Shown here piece by piece: positions 51,755-63,329 of a stretch of DNA of 64,000 nucleotides (position 1 is the first letter of the stretch; every line of letters starts with the position of its first letter). The DNA comes from Camelus dromedarius (Eukaryota), in assembly GCF_036321535.1 (NCBI RefSeq), contig NC_087436.1, forward strand, positions 61,382,001 to 61,446,000, given 5' to 3'. The position numbers and the translations under genes are program-made. The notes beneath the pieces were generated by a model, which searched no databases, was not told the DNA's origin, and worked only from the letters and a program-made list of their open reading frames with translations.

Positions 51755-52290
51755 TCAGGACTTTTAAAATAGCAACTAATGGAATGCCTAATTCAAACTG
51801 ACTTAAATGGTATTTATAAAAATTAGAAGTCTGGGAATAAGGTTGTTTTGGAAAGGCAGGGCTGAAATGATTTTCATCAGGACCAGATTCTCTCTGTTCA
51901 CTTCTTCAGACAACCTTTTTGGTACTGGCTCCATTCACTGATAGGCTCTGTCTTTATGGGGCAGCATCAGCCTCATACCTTACTAGAGTCAAGTACCACT
52001 TCAAGTATGCCGCACTCAGGCTAAGGTTCTGAGACTAGCCCTGTTCTGACCTGACTCACTCAGCTTGAACCATTGTTCCTAACTGAACCAATGCCTGACA
52101 CCAGTGGAAGGAGATGATCTGATTGACTAGGCTGATGTCAAATCACCCTAGAAACTGGAAGTGAACTTAACTCCATAGCATGTGGTCTATGAATCAAGGA
52201 AGGCTGAGTCCCTGTTTGAAGGTTGGTGCGCTGCTAGTCAAGTAGGGTGAATGGGTTCTGGAGATTCAGAAACAATAGTTGTCTACTCTG
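51755..52290 (-). mobile_element. MLT1K-like MaLR LTR
   Basis: tcaggactttt..gcaactaat..aattcaaactgacttaaa; ctgaaccaat; ctgattgactaggct. Confidence 0.55.
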
Positions 52291-53315
52291 ACCCTGCAGT
52301 ACTTTCTCCTGAAAGTATGTTTACAGAGAGACAATACATATTTCACAAGATCAAGGTACCTGAGTAATGAAGTTATATAATGAAGAGCAGCTTCTACCAA
52401 CTTCCTTCTCATTTGAAAACTTAAAAAAAAAAATTTTAGTATACTACACTGCATAGCCCAACTTTATATTGGATTTACTGATGACAGTGCAGCTATCAAA
52501 CATCATGTATGTGATACACTTGGAACAACTGATGGAAATGTGTGTTTATAACTCTCTCTACAGCTAACATGAAAAGACCAGCAGAGATAATTCGAAACTC
52601 TTGAAATACTTTGAGTGACGATACGTGGTCTTAACACATTAAAATTGCTAGCAAAATTTTGAGAAATGCAGAAAGAACAAGAGAATTCAGTGAAGGAAAC
52701 AAAAGGCAATTACAGTAGATTCCAACTACAATGCTGAAGTTATACAATCTGTTATGTATCAGTTTTGTCTTATCCCAGTAATCCTGTTATTAAAAATGTT
52801 TCTGACGTCTGAAAAATATTGTGACATTATTTCTTAATATAAGCCTATAGCCAAGAAAAGAGACAGTAGATTTTGCTGACATTTTATTTATTCTTAAGAT
52901 TTTACTACTTCAGATAAAAATGTGCAACTGTCAGTGTTTCATCCTTTTTTTCTTTTTTTTTTTTATTCTTTTCTCAGCTTCTCTGAGTACTGGATCAGGC
53001 TTCTATCTCCCCTGTGAATGAGATCTGTTTTGTAAACAGTTGGCATTGCATTGTTGACAGCTCTGACAGGTCTTAGAGATTCAGAAGGAAGAAAGAATAG
53101 AAAAACATTGGCAAAATCTACATGAGTCCAAAAATGTACAGTATATTTCAGCGTGATGTTTCGGATTAAATGTTACTCTTTATTTGGACATCTTCAGTAA
53201 GATACTCATATATACATATGCACACATGTATTGTACTTGATGGAGGGGACTTAACATTTAAATAATAAGGAGATATATATATTATATATATATATTTTTT
53301 TTTTTCCTTAAACAG

Positions 53316-53324
53316 TGCTACCAG
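53316..53324 (+). other. candidate 9-nt microexon TGCTACCAG
   Basis: T11-CCTTAAACAG acceptor directly before, CAG|GTAAAG donor directly after; length is a multiple of 3. Confidence 0.25.
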
Positions 53325-53811
53325 GTAAAGTATTTGGATAGGATTAAGTTAATTTAGCCAAATGATCAGTTTTATTTTTTACCTTACCAAATCACTGTAC
53401 TATTGAACTGAACCAGCCTAACTGGCCAGTTATTTTGGTGTCATCGAAGGGCATCATGTTCTTTTCCATGAAATAATTTGGGTTTGATAATTTCACCATT
53501 CAAAGAGCTGTGTCCCAGGTTTACCGTTTTTTGTTAGGAGTAGTTGGGCCAAAATAGAAATTTAGTAAAAGTAATGGCAATAGAAGTCAAGATGTCACAG
53601 TGGCATTGTGGTACCTCTTAGTGCCAGGGTACAAGGGAGATGGGAGATCACTCCTGGGAAGTACTCAAATAAGTATTTGCAGATGACCAACTACTTTTTA
53701 AAATGAGAGAACAAACAACATCCTCTACAGTAAAGACTGTAGTTACCATAGCCTGCTGTTTGTTTCCTCAGTTGGGCCAGGAGAATCCATATGGTCATCT
53801 GTGCCTATTTG

Positions 53812-53987
53812 ATTTTTAAAAATTAAAAAAAAAATTTATGTATATTTTTTGTTGGGGGGAGGTCATTAGATCTATTTATTTATTTATTATTAGTTTTTCT
53901 TTTATTTTAATACAGGTACTGGGGATTGAACCCAGGACCTCATACATGCCAAGCAAATGCTCTACCATTGAGCTATACCCTTTCCCC
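53812..53987 (-). mobile_element. tRNA-derived SINE (camelid vic-1-like)
   Basis: aggtactggggattgaacccaggacctc...tgctctaccattgagctataccc; diverged TSD at 53796-53811 and 53988-54003. Confidence 0.9.
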
Positions 53988-54024
53988 CATCCATACCTAT
54001 CTGTAGAACTAGCATCCCAGGATA

Positions 54025-54560
54025 ACTAATAAATATCTATTGAGTACCAGCTATGTAAAACACATGTGCCAGGCCAGAGTATTAGAAAGTTACAAAGATT
54101 TCTAATCTTGAGGGGCTTAAAAATAAGTTGGGGGAATAAGAAATATTAAAAAAACCATAAATACTAATACTAAGTAGTATGAGTTAATTCATAGTATAGG
54201 TCCAAAGTCAACAAATTATTTTTTTAAGGACTAAATAGTAAATATTTTAGCCTTTGTGGGCCATACGGTTCTGTTGCAACCATTCAACTCTGTTGTTGTA
54301 GCATAAAAGCATCTATGTAAATGAGTGGGCATGCTGTATTGTAATAAAGCTTTTTTTATGGACACTGGAATTTGAAATTTATGTAATATTCATGTGCCAT
54401 GACACATTAGTCTTCGTTTGACTCTTTTTAACAGTTTAAAATGCAATACCCATTCTTAGCTTGCATGCTGTACAGAAAAAGCATGAGCCAGATTTGGTCT
54501 GCAGGCAGTAATCTGCTGATTCATGGTATAGATAACAAGTGCTCTGGCTTATTGGGGTAC
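54025..54560 (-). mobile_element. L2 3' end, split by MER58B
   Basis: aataaatatctattgagtaccagctatgt..tgtgccagg; resumes with acaagtgctctgg after the insertion. Confidence 0.6.
54202..54525 (-). mobile_element. MER58B-like DNA transposon
   Basis: atagtaaatattttagcctttgtgggccata...tatggacactggaatttgaa...gccagatttggtctgcagg; 8-bp TSD GTATAG(G/A)T at 54194-54201 and 54526-54533. Confidence 0.85.
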
Positions 54561-54779
54561 GAGTATTTGACATATTCATTGTTGATGACTTACCTCTAAG
54601 AGGCTATATGCTCGATTTTAAGATAGCTATGTTTAGTCTCTGATATTTTGCAGTCAACTAATTGGTTATTTAATTATTTCCAGTGGAAGCTTGCCTGGTT
54701 AGGGCTTGAGCTCAGAGATATTTGAGTATGCCATTGAGTAATGATTCAGTTTGTAAAGCATAAGCGTTGTGTATAAGAC

Positions 54780-55250
54780 AGCAGTGAGAAAAGGTCAGTG
54801 AGAACCAGAGACCTTTGAACGCTGGGCTGAGTGGGCTAGACTTCAGGAAAGAGTTGCCTTGGAGGTTTTTGAGGAGGGGAATAATCTGATCAGAATTGCA
54901 TTTCAAGTGATTTAGTGTTTAGACTAGAAAGATGAAAGGAAAGCAGGGTAAGGGAACTAACATTATTGAATGTCTAATATATGTTAGAAACTTTGTAGGG
55001 GTTTTTTAAATAATTTCTCCATTTAGTGGAATGAAGGGGAAGGCCAGTTTGTAAAGTATTGCAGGAATGCAAAGAGAATGGAAAAGTGCTAGAAAAATCT
55101 CACACTCTTTTGCTTCTGATTGAATTTGGCAAATAAAGGAAAGAATCAAAGAGAATCCAAGGGTTCCAAGCCTCGGTGACTGAAACACTGGTAATAGGGA
55201 GTCAGGAGGAGTTGGTTTTTGGAAAGAAGTTTGGGTTGAGAAACACATAC
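54780..55250 (-). mobile_element. L2 relic
   Basis: ttggaggtttttgaggaggggaataatctgatcagaattgcattt; aatcaaagagaatccaagggttccaagcctcggtgactg. Confidence 0.65.
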
Positions 55251-56261
55251 TCAGCCAAGCAAATTAGCGCAGTCCAACAGACTCAAATTCCAAGAGATTC
55301 AGCTGAAAATTCATTGCTGTTTTAGTAAACACAGTCTAAAGGTGATTTTAAAAACTATTCTATATGCCTTAAATTATTAACAGTTGTTTGTATTGTGCAT
55401 TGTCAGCTCATTAACAACAGTGGATATGAAAACGATTGGTTACATTTTGTGGATTAGTAAAAATGTCTGAAAAGCTAAAAAATTTGAAGACATTGTGCAA
55501 AAGAAACACAGAGAGAGAGAGTCATACTGAATTCAGTAGTTCCAAAAATTGGATGTATTATAAGCAGTAATTGTTTTAGTTCAGATTTAAATATGTCAAA
55601 ATCCGTATGTTTAACACCTTTAACATATGGCTCAAACATATTCTGCTTTTTATTCCCCTAACATTTGGCTTATGAATAGTGAAACAGAGAAGTTAGGGAA
55701 TTTGATTCACAGAGGCCTCATTGCTTTAGTTTGCTGACTTGTAGCACCTTTTCTTTTTCAACAAAAAAACTTAAAAAGCACAAATAATTTCTGTTTGTTT
55801 TTGACTGATCCATTCCGTTTCCCCTAAGTTCCTTGTGTGATTACCTAGATATTCTCACTGTTCTACCAGTCTTTCCTCTGAGTGGCTCAATTATTCTGTC
55901 AGCTCTCATTATTCATCTGCCAACATGTTCACATTTTCTAATTTAGAGAATTAGTAACGATTTCTTGTGATGCCCATCTTGCATGATTTGAATTATTGGC
56001 ACCCATGGATGTTGAGAAAGACTGGCTTTGAGTCACACTTCCTGACATTTTAATATTTCCACAGTGCAGAAGAACTCACACTGCTCTCCAGAGGAGGTAG
56101 AGTGCATGCAGAATTAAGAATGAGGCATACCCCTGGCTCTGTTTAACTGTGTACAACCAAGGAGGCAATTTAGTACCTCTCTTCCTTTCTTTCTCTTTCC
56201 CTTGTTCCTCCTTCCTTCTTTGTTTCCTGTCTCCTTCTCTTCTTTTCACTAAAATACTCAT

Positions 56262-56605
56262 TGCAGTCACACTGAGATGAGGAATCAGAAGCCATTTAAA
56301 ATGTTCCAAGTGGGAAAGATTTTAATACAGGAAAATAGAGACTTTCACAATTGTTGGATGGGCTGGTGGCATAAGACATAGGGAAGTTACTGCTCCTGAG
56401 TTCTACATTTGACTAGAAGATTCTCAAGTTCCCCTGCTTCTCCTTAGTTTCTCAAGATAGATGCAAATCTAGGCAGATTATAGCCTAGAACAACATGGGG
56501 AAAGGAATCCTGGGAAATACAGTCCTAATATCCCTCATCCCCGCTCCTGCAATACAGACGATAAAATCAATGGGGGATGATAATGATATCAAAGTGATAA
56601 CACTC
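56262..56605. mobile_element. degenerate ERVL-type LTR fragment
   Basis: gattttaatacaggaaaat; gggaaaggaatcctgggaaatacagtcct motif. Confidence 0.4.
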
Positions 56606-57419
56606 TGATGTATTTGCTAAGCCTCTATCAAGCCAGACAAAGATGAATGTGGTGATTTCTATCCTTAACATGCTAACAGTCTGGTTAAGCTGACCATTTG
56701 TTAGTTTTCTCAGATGGTAAATTTTGCTGAGCAACTGTGCTAAGACAGATCCTCCCAGAAGAGCCCTATTACAAAATGGATTATTAATTACTAGGGTTGG
56801 TTACATCATAGCTCACATCGAGTCTCCAGATGCTAAGAGCTACTTACAGTGAAAGTTTGACATACAGCAATTACCAGAGACCTAAACATTGTCCCTTCAG
56901 CAGAATTAGTATTCCCACTATGAAGTATTCTGCATTCCCAAGGTGCTTTTCACAATATTAATATGATTAGTAATTTCTTTTTGGCTAATTTTTGAGGATG
57001 AATTAATTTCAGATTACAGTATCCCACTTGACTGGGTAAAACCTCCCATTTATAAGTAGGGTAAAATGTTACATGAGGATAACTTCATATAACTTCAGAG
57101 CATCTGTGTTCATTTCAGTACCATATATCATTATATTACAAAGAAGCTTTTGAGTGGGATTTAGTGCCTATAGATTTCTGAGGATTCAGTGAAATTGATG
57201 TTTCCAGTCTTAATCCTGTCAAATATGGACTACCTTGCCACAGGGCACATGATATTTTGAGAGATGGGCATCATGTGCAATGAGATATTAGTTGTGTAAA
57301 TTATATACTGTTTTCCACACTTAGTTTTCTCAACGAGACTCCACTGAATTATAGGGAATGCAGAATCCAGCACTGGAAAGTTTGATTTAAATATTGTGTG
57401 TGTGTCAGTAATGCATGAG

Positions 57420-57935
57420 CACACCTCTACACAAGCACCCTCAATGGCTCCCATGGCCTACGTGCAGAATAAAATCTTAGCCTCACATCGCAGTTCAAAG
57501 CCTGGGCTCTATAGCTCGGCTTCCTCACATTGGTCTTCTTTTCCTAGCCCTTCCTTAAACTTATCTTTTCATTTCACACCTGGGTATCTTTGTAAACGTG
57601 GCTTGCTCAAACTGAAACTCTACCATCCTCTCCTTCATCTATATTGACATCCTAAATCAACCTGATTTCTATTCACTTTTCAGTATTCTGAGCCCTGCCG
57701 AGTGCTGTGCCCTCTGTGTTCCCATAGGACCCATTGCTTAGCTATTTTTATGCTTAAACTTTTATTTTGATGATTTGATTACTTGTAAGTTTTCTGCATC
57801 AGATTAAAAGCTCCATAAAGACAGAGACTGTTCTTATGCAACTTGGCATCTTTAGAGCTGGCCAGAACTCCCAATACATAGTAAATACTCATTAATTGAT
57901 GAATGAATGAATGAATGAATGAATGAATGAATGAA
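57420..57935 (+). mobile_element. L2 3' region ending in (TGAA)9
   Basis: cctcaatggctcccatggccta; aagctccataaagacagagactg; acatagtaaatactca; (TGAA)9 at 57900-57935. Confidence 0.8.
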
Positions 57936-59219
57936 TAAAGCTTGGAAGCTGGTAACTTCTAATCACAGTGATAAAATGAATAAAACAGAACTAACTTTAC
58001 ATTTATCTTCATTTAATTACTTTTTAACTGTAACAGTATTACAACTTTTTAAAATCATAATTTTACACAAGGAAGGAATTATAGATCTTTCATAATGTTT
58101 TTGCCCAGTGCCATTCTGCTAGGGCTCTCTGTATAATCAGCAATGCCTATAATAATGAACTAAGCTGGCTAGTGTGTATATATATATATTTCCTTCCAGT
58201 TAATTCCCTCTCCCTAGTTTACCTTGCAAATCCAGCTGCTGGGAGAAGCTCTGATGGTTATGGGGTTAAAGAGGAAATGGTCATAATTTTTATTTAGTGT
58301 TTTCCATATAAATGCACCTCATTATCTTCTGTACCTCATTATATATGATCTATTTTATGACCATTTAGATCTCTTTAGCCGTCCTGTTTTTATTCTGTTA
58401 TGCTTGCTGTCTAAGCTCTCAACTTTATGACTCCATTACCTCAGCTCGCTGCTGCCTGCTGTCCCACTCCTACTGCTGAGGTGGATAATGTAGCTTTGCT
58501 GTTACTGGGCCAGCATTTCTAATAAATTCCTCACATACAGATAGGCAGTGGCGTAGAGCACAGCGGTTTGGTGTAATGCTTTCATATCACATCACTAGAC
58601 TCTCATTAGATACTTGTGAGAGAAATTACCACTGAGGCTTCTTCAGGCACAATAGCATTAATGAAGTTAGGAAATGACTCCCACAGATGTCTGACACTCA
58701 ATCAATCCTACTTAATTTAATTACACTCCTGAATGAAAGACAAAAGAGATGCTCTTGTAGTTCAGGCCTTGCTTTTTATTTTCTCATACGCCTTTTCTCC
58801 CCCTTCTGATTTACTTAATCCTTGCTGAGAAATGTCAATGTAATTAACTTAAGTTATAATTATTTAAAAGTGGACTTTGTTATAATGCCTTGTATCATTT
58901 TCCACTTCTCTCCCCTACCAAACTGCAAGTACATGAGAGCTCTAATATGTAAATAGAGTGGTGGAGTGGAGAGAAATTGGCTCTTATAACCTTGACAATT
59001 CATCCACTTCTTACACCTTCATAATTAAGGATACTGATGACATTGCCACTTACAACTTTATGTCCTGAAATTTTATTCAATAAGATATTTTCAAGGAAGT
59101 ATTTAGATCTAAATCTATCTAAATCTAAATGGCTTTAGAAGCAATTTAGATTCTTGGAAAATTTCTTTTTACCAGTCTTGAAATGATAGAATAAACTTAT
59201 AAAGTAACAAAATTAAAAT

Positions 59220-59410
59220 AACTGATGCTGTGCTGTACTTGATTTGTTACAAAGTCTGTTTATACATATGAATTCCTTTAATTCTTACAATGGCTTAGAG
59301 GGATGAGTATAATTGTCACTTTAGAGTTGAAGGGCCTAAGACAAAGACTGTTAAGGGATGACCTTGTTCAAGACTTTATAGTCAGTAAACAGTGATCCTA
59401 AAACTTTGAC
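59220..59410 (-). mobile_element. MIR SINE
   Basis: tttaattcttacaa...gatgaccttgttcaagactttatagtcagtaa. Confidence 0.55.
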
Positions 59411-59419
59411 TTTTTCCTT

Positions 59420-59815
59420 CCTTCCTTCCTTCATTCATCCAACTAATAAATAATTTTTGTGACTACATTATCTGTCAAGCAGTATTCCAGCACTGAAGAA
59501 GTTGACGGATAAGCAGATGGCAGCATCGCTGTATGGTGTGGCATGAATAGACCTCTGCAAAGGAGGCAATGGGAGTGATTGGAGGGAACTAACTAGTGCA
59601 TGACAAGTGGTGGTAAAAGGAGAGCCAAAGGATTCTAAGGAGCTGGAATATATATTGAAGTAAAGAGGAATCACTGAAGGATTTTTTTTCTCATGAGTAA
59701 TGTGATCAGTTTGAATTTTAGGAAGAGTCGATTTAGTTTTAGTACAGGTTATGTCAAGAATGCTTTACAGGGTGGATGTGCCGCCTTACACTAAGGTAGT
59801 AACCACAGGAAGAGA
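59420..59815 (-). mobile_element. L2 relic
   Basis: ttcattcatccaac..taatttttgtgactacattatctgtcaagcagtattc; cactgaaggatttt..gagtaatgtgatcag. Confidence 0.55.
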
Positions 59816-59929
59816 AACAGGAGTGGGAGGGAAGACTGTAATTTTTCAATTTGCACATAGTTTTTTTCTCCACGGGACATATAGGTGGATACATCTGTGT
59901 AGCTCAGTAGGAAGATCTGGAGGTGTGGG

Positions 59930-60100
59930 TTGTATATTTGTTCATTATATTACTTAATGCCTCATGATATTTATCATAGTCAATTGTTTACATGCTTGTC
60001 TTCTCTGCTAGAGTATGAGTTCTTGAGGGTCCAGACCATTGTCTTCTTCAACTTGGCATTCTCAGGTTGTAGTAGATGTTTGTTGAATTTAATTGGAATA
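59930..60100 (+). mobile_element. L2 3' end
   Basis: tgtttacatgcttgtcttctctgctagagtatgagttcttgaggg...gtagatgtttgttgaatt. Confidence 0.7.
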
Positions 60101-60719
60101 TAACTTAGTTTCTTTGAAGTTACATTTTAAATCCTCCAGTATTCCTTAACTTCTGATGCTATTAGCTCCATGATGTCTTGCTGATTTCACTTCCATCTTT
60201 CTTCAGGACAGCATAAAGAAGGGGGGCTGGAGAATGCATATTTGTATAGATTCACTGAACCTTACAGATGCTCTTCTGAGACCTGCAGACAGAGAAGGAT
60301 GCATACCTAGCTCAGCCAATTGAAAGCTCTCTAGTCTTTGGGAAGTCTTTTAAGTTACCTTAATTTCCTTTTCCACAATAAAAAGAATATTTTGGTTACA
60401 GCACTTTTAATTAATTAAACAAATATTTATTGGTTATCAATTATGTGTCAGGTTCTGTAACAGGAGGTGAATTTGATTATCTGTCTCTTATAGTCTCCTG
60501 GGGAACTCCAAAAGCCTTTTGTGCCAGTCAGCACCTATTGGGAAGATAGCCTTGAAAAGTAGCTCTTTCCTCTGAGAAGAGGTGGACAACTTGGGATAGT
60601 GAGCTTTTGATTGAGATGAGGGGACCAATAAAGCCATTTCTGCCACCATAAATTTCTTTAATAAACCACTTTATTTCATTATCACCATAATTACTTACAT
60701 TGTGAAATAAGCCAAAATT

Positions 60720-61210
60720 TTAGATGAAAGATTTTGAACTGTAGGTATTCATGAGCAACGGAAAGGCTTTGTGGGATTTTAAGCCAGGGAGAACAATGCC
60801 CATATTTACCTTTGAACAATACCCTTCAGCCTGCAGAATGGAGAGTGGACAAGATTTAATGCAAGGGACAAGGTAGAAGGCACTAAACTTCTCCAGTGAA
60901 ATTTTATAGTGATTTGGGCTAAGATGATGGCAGTGGGATGGAGAGAAAAGGGTGATCAAGAAATATTTAGCAAATGTAATCAAATGTATTTTAGGAGTAT
61001 CTTGGATATAGGTGGGAGTTAAAGGAAAAGGAATCATTCAGAAATAGTCCTTTTGAGCACTGGATGGTAGGTAGACCTACTGAAATAGAAAACACAGAAG
61101 GATGAACAAGTTTACTGGGAAGATGATGAGTTTGGTTTGAACACCATTGATTTTATGTGCCTGGGGTATATGAAACTGGAGATGTTATGGAAGCAGGATT
61201 TAAGTGTCTA
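60720..61210 (-). mobile_element. L2 relic
   Basis: gggattttaagccaggga, ggcagtgggatggagagaa, gggaagatgatgagtttggtttgaaca. Confidence 0.75.
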
Positions 61211-61374
61211 GATTAACTCTTTAAAGTTCTAGGTTGCCATAGAGAAGGACTATTGCTTGGACAGCTTAATGAATTTGATGAAGCCTGAGAAAAACCAGGT
61301 ATCCACAAAGAGGGCCAGGGTCTCACAGGTTGTTGATTTCAAATCTTCCATTGTTCTTTCTTGGACAGATGGGC

Positions 61375-61410
61375 ATCTGTGTTACCAGGTGCATGCCTGG
61401 TAACACAGAT
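61375..61410. repeat. perfect 15-bp inverted repeat with a 6-nt TGCATG loop
   Basis: ATCTGTGTTACCAGG (61375-61389), TGCATG, CCTGGTAACACAGAT (61396-61410). Confidence 0.95.
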
Positions 61411-62169
61411 AGCTCATTGAGAACACTAGACTGGGAATGGCCTAACCAGCTGGTTTTTTCGAACTTCAAAATCAGGACAGAAATGAAAATTTTAACTTAG
61501 ATAATCCAGAATCCCAGTAGCACAAGGGCCTAATCTGGAAACAAATAAGCCATTTCATCTTAATGGTCTTAGTGTAATTAATATTTATTGTATGTTTATT
61601 TATAGGACTTTTGTGTCACATTGTGTCACACACATGATTATATGGCATAACTGTGTCTTCTCAGTCTTTCAAAAGAGCTTTCTTGTCATTTTCTGCTCCT
61701 TTTTATTGCCATATATATTGCAAACCTCCTGTATTTAATAAAAGAACATTGTAGGTGAAACATTCTGGTCCTTATATGTTTAATTAGTGTTATATATTCT
61801 GGCCATTCCTAATTTTCCCATTTGTAGAAAGTGACTACTTTGAGAAGGGAAAATGGTCAATCAAAGCTTAAAAAATAGTGATAATTACTCCTCTTGTGTA
61901 AGAGTAAAGCACTATCTATTCTGAAAATTGAATGAAATTACACAGCAGTATCAGGGGACAAATGCATCCTATTTATAAATCGAAAGTTGATAGGTAGGCC
62001 TTTAGCACCTGCATTGAATATTAATAAGTAAGGCTTAATTAATATCTGAACACTGGGCCATTATTTTATTACCACATTTGCCAACACAAGCAGGCCTGCT
62101 CTTAAAAACTTATCAGAAATAATGACAATTAAAATGAGGCATGTTGTAAATTACAAGGGTACCAGTTCC

Positions 62170-62535
62170 TTCTCTTTCTTTGTAATGACATGCTTTGCCA
62201 TGTGACCGCAGTTTCTTCTTGCCTTTATGCAAGTTTGCCCACATGATTTACTTTGCTCGATGGCATGTGAGTAGGTATGGCATAACCAAAGACCTGAAAA
62301 GAAATTGCTCAATTGGGCTTCTCATACCCCTGCCATAAGAAGAACATGTTTTAGTTCTGTAATTCCGGGAGGACAGGAGACAGTGGAGCAGAGCCAAGTG
62401 ATTCCTGAGAAGCTGGGCCTAGAGCAGTCAACCCTCTGGTTACCTTCTGATCCATGAGAACAAATGATTGCTGTTTTTAAATTCTGAGTTTTTGTATGGT
62501 TTTTGAGGTAGCAATTATGTGACATAGGCTAATTT
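62170..62535 (+). mobile_element. MLT1 (G/H-like) MaLR LTR
   Basis: tttgccatgtgac...tgatttactttgctcgatggcatgtgagtag...tgccataagaagaacatg...ttgctgtttttaaattctgagttttt. Confidence 0.65.
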
Positions 62536-62649
62536 GGGGAATTGCAGACTCAACAAAAAGACCCTAGGTAATGTTAGTGACCAGAAACTTGGAGGGGGAA
62601 AGAAGGGGGAAAACAGAGTGAAAGGGAAAAGGGAAGTGAGAATGAGAGC

Positions 62650-62650
<1 letters not shown>

Positions 62651-62685
<35 letters not shown>

Positions 62686-62697
62686 CAGAGAGAGAGA
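62651..62697 (+). repeat. (AG)n microsatellite with AC interruptions
   Basis: (AG)14 followed by ACAGAGACAGAG... Confidence 0.95.
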
Positions 62698-62969
62698 TTG
62701 ACATTGGATCAATACAAAATTCCGTGCAAAAGAACACAGTTGTTCTGAGGTTAAAGTAAAAATATTGAGTAAAGTCAAAGGCTTGGCACATGAGGAATGG
62801 AAACATGAATGCATCTAGAAGAAAGGATCAAGAGGATTTGAGGTTAGGGAAAATAATCAGTTACAATTTGTGAATGGCCTGGACAGCAAGAGTTGCTGAA
62901 AGAGGATTCCATCTTTCCTGAGTTGAATCGTCCCTTTCTCTGCCTTCTCCCTCATGTCAGCCCCTGAGA

Positions 62970-63198
62970 CAGTTGTTCTCCTGGCATAATTTGGATCCCT
63001 GCCTCCCTCCAAGAGACAGCTGGAAATAACTGGAAACAATTTTGATTGTCGTAACTTGGGGGATCAGTGCCACTGGCATATAGTGGGTAGAGGCCAGCAA
63101 TGCTGCCAAACATTCTATGATGCACAAAGACAGCCCCCCCTAACGAAAAAGAATTATCCAGTCCAAAATGTCTATAGTGACAAATTTGAGAAACCTTG
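62970..63198 (+). mobile_element. MER20 (hAT) DNA transposon
   Basis: tgccactggcatatagtgggtagaggccagcaatgctgccaaacattcta..tgcaca..gacagccccc...gaattatccagtccaaaatgtc; TSD-like CCCTGAGA / CTGTGAGA. Confidence 0.9.
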
Positions 63199-63329
63199 CT
63201 GTGAGATATAACTAGTGTGGCCTTCCTGTATGAAATTCCAGAAGCCTAACCAAGAAAGAAGACTTAACAGAAGTCAGACAGACTTTGGTTTTGAGGGCCT
63301 TCCATACACCAAACCCTCTATTAGGCAGT

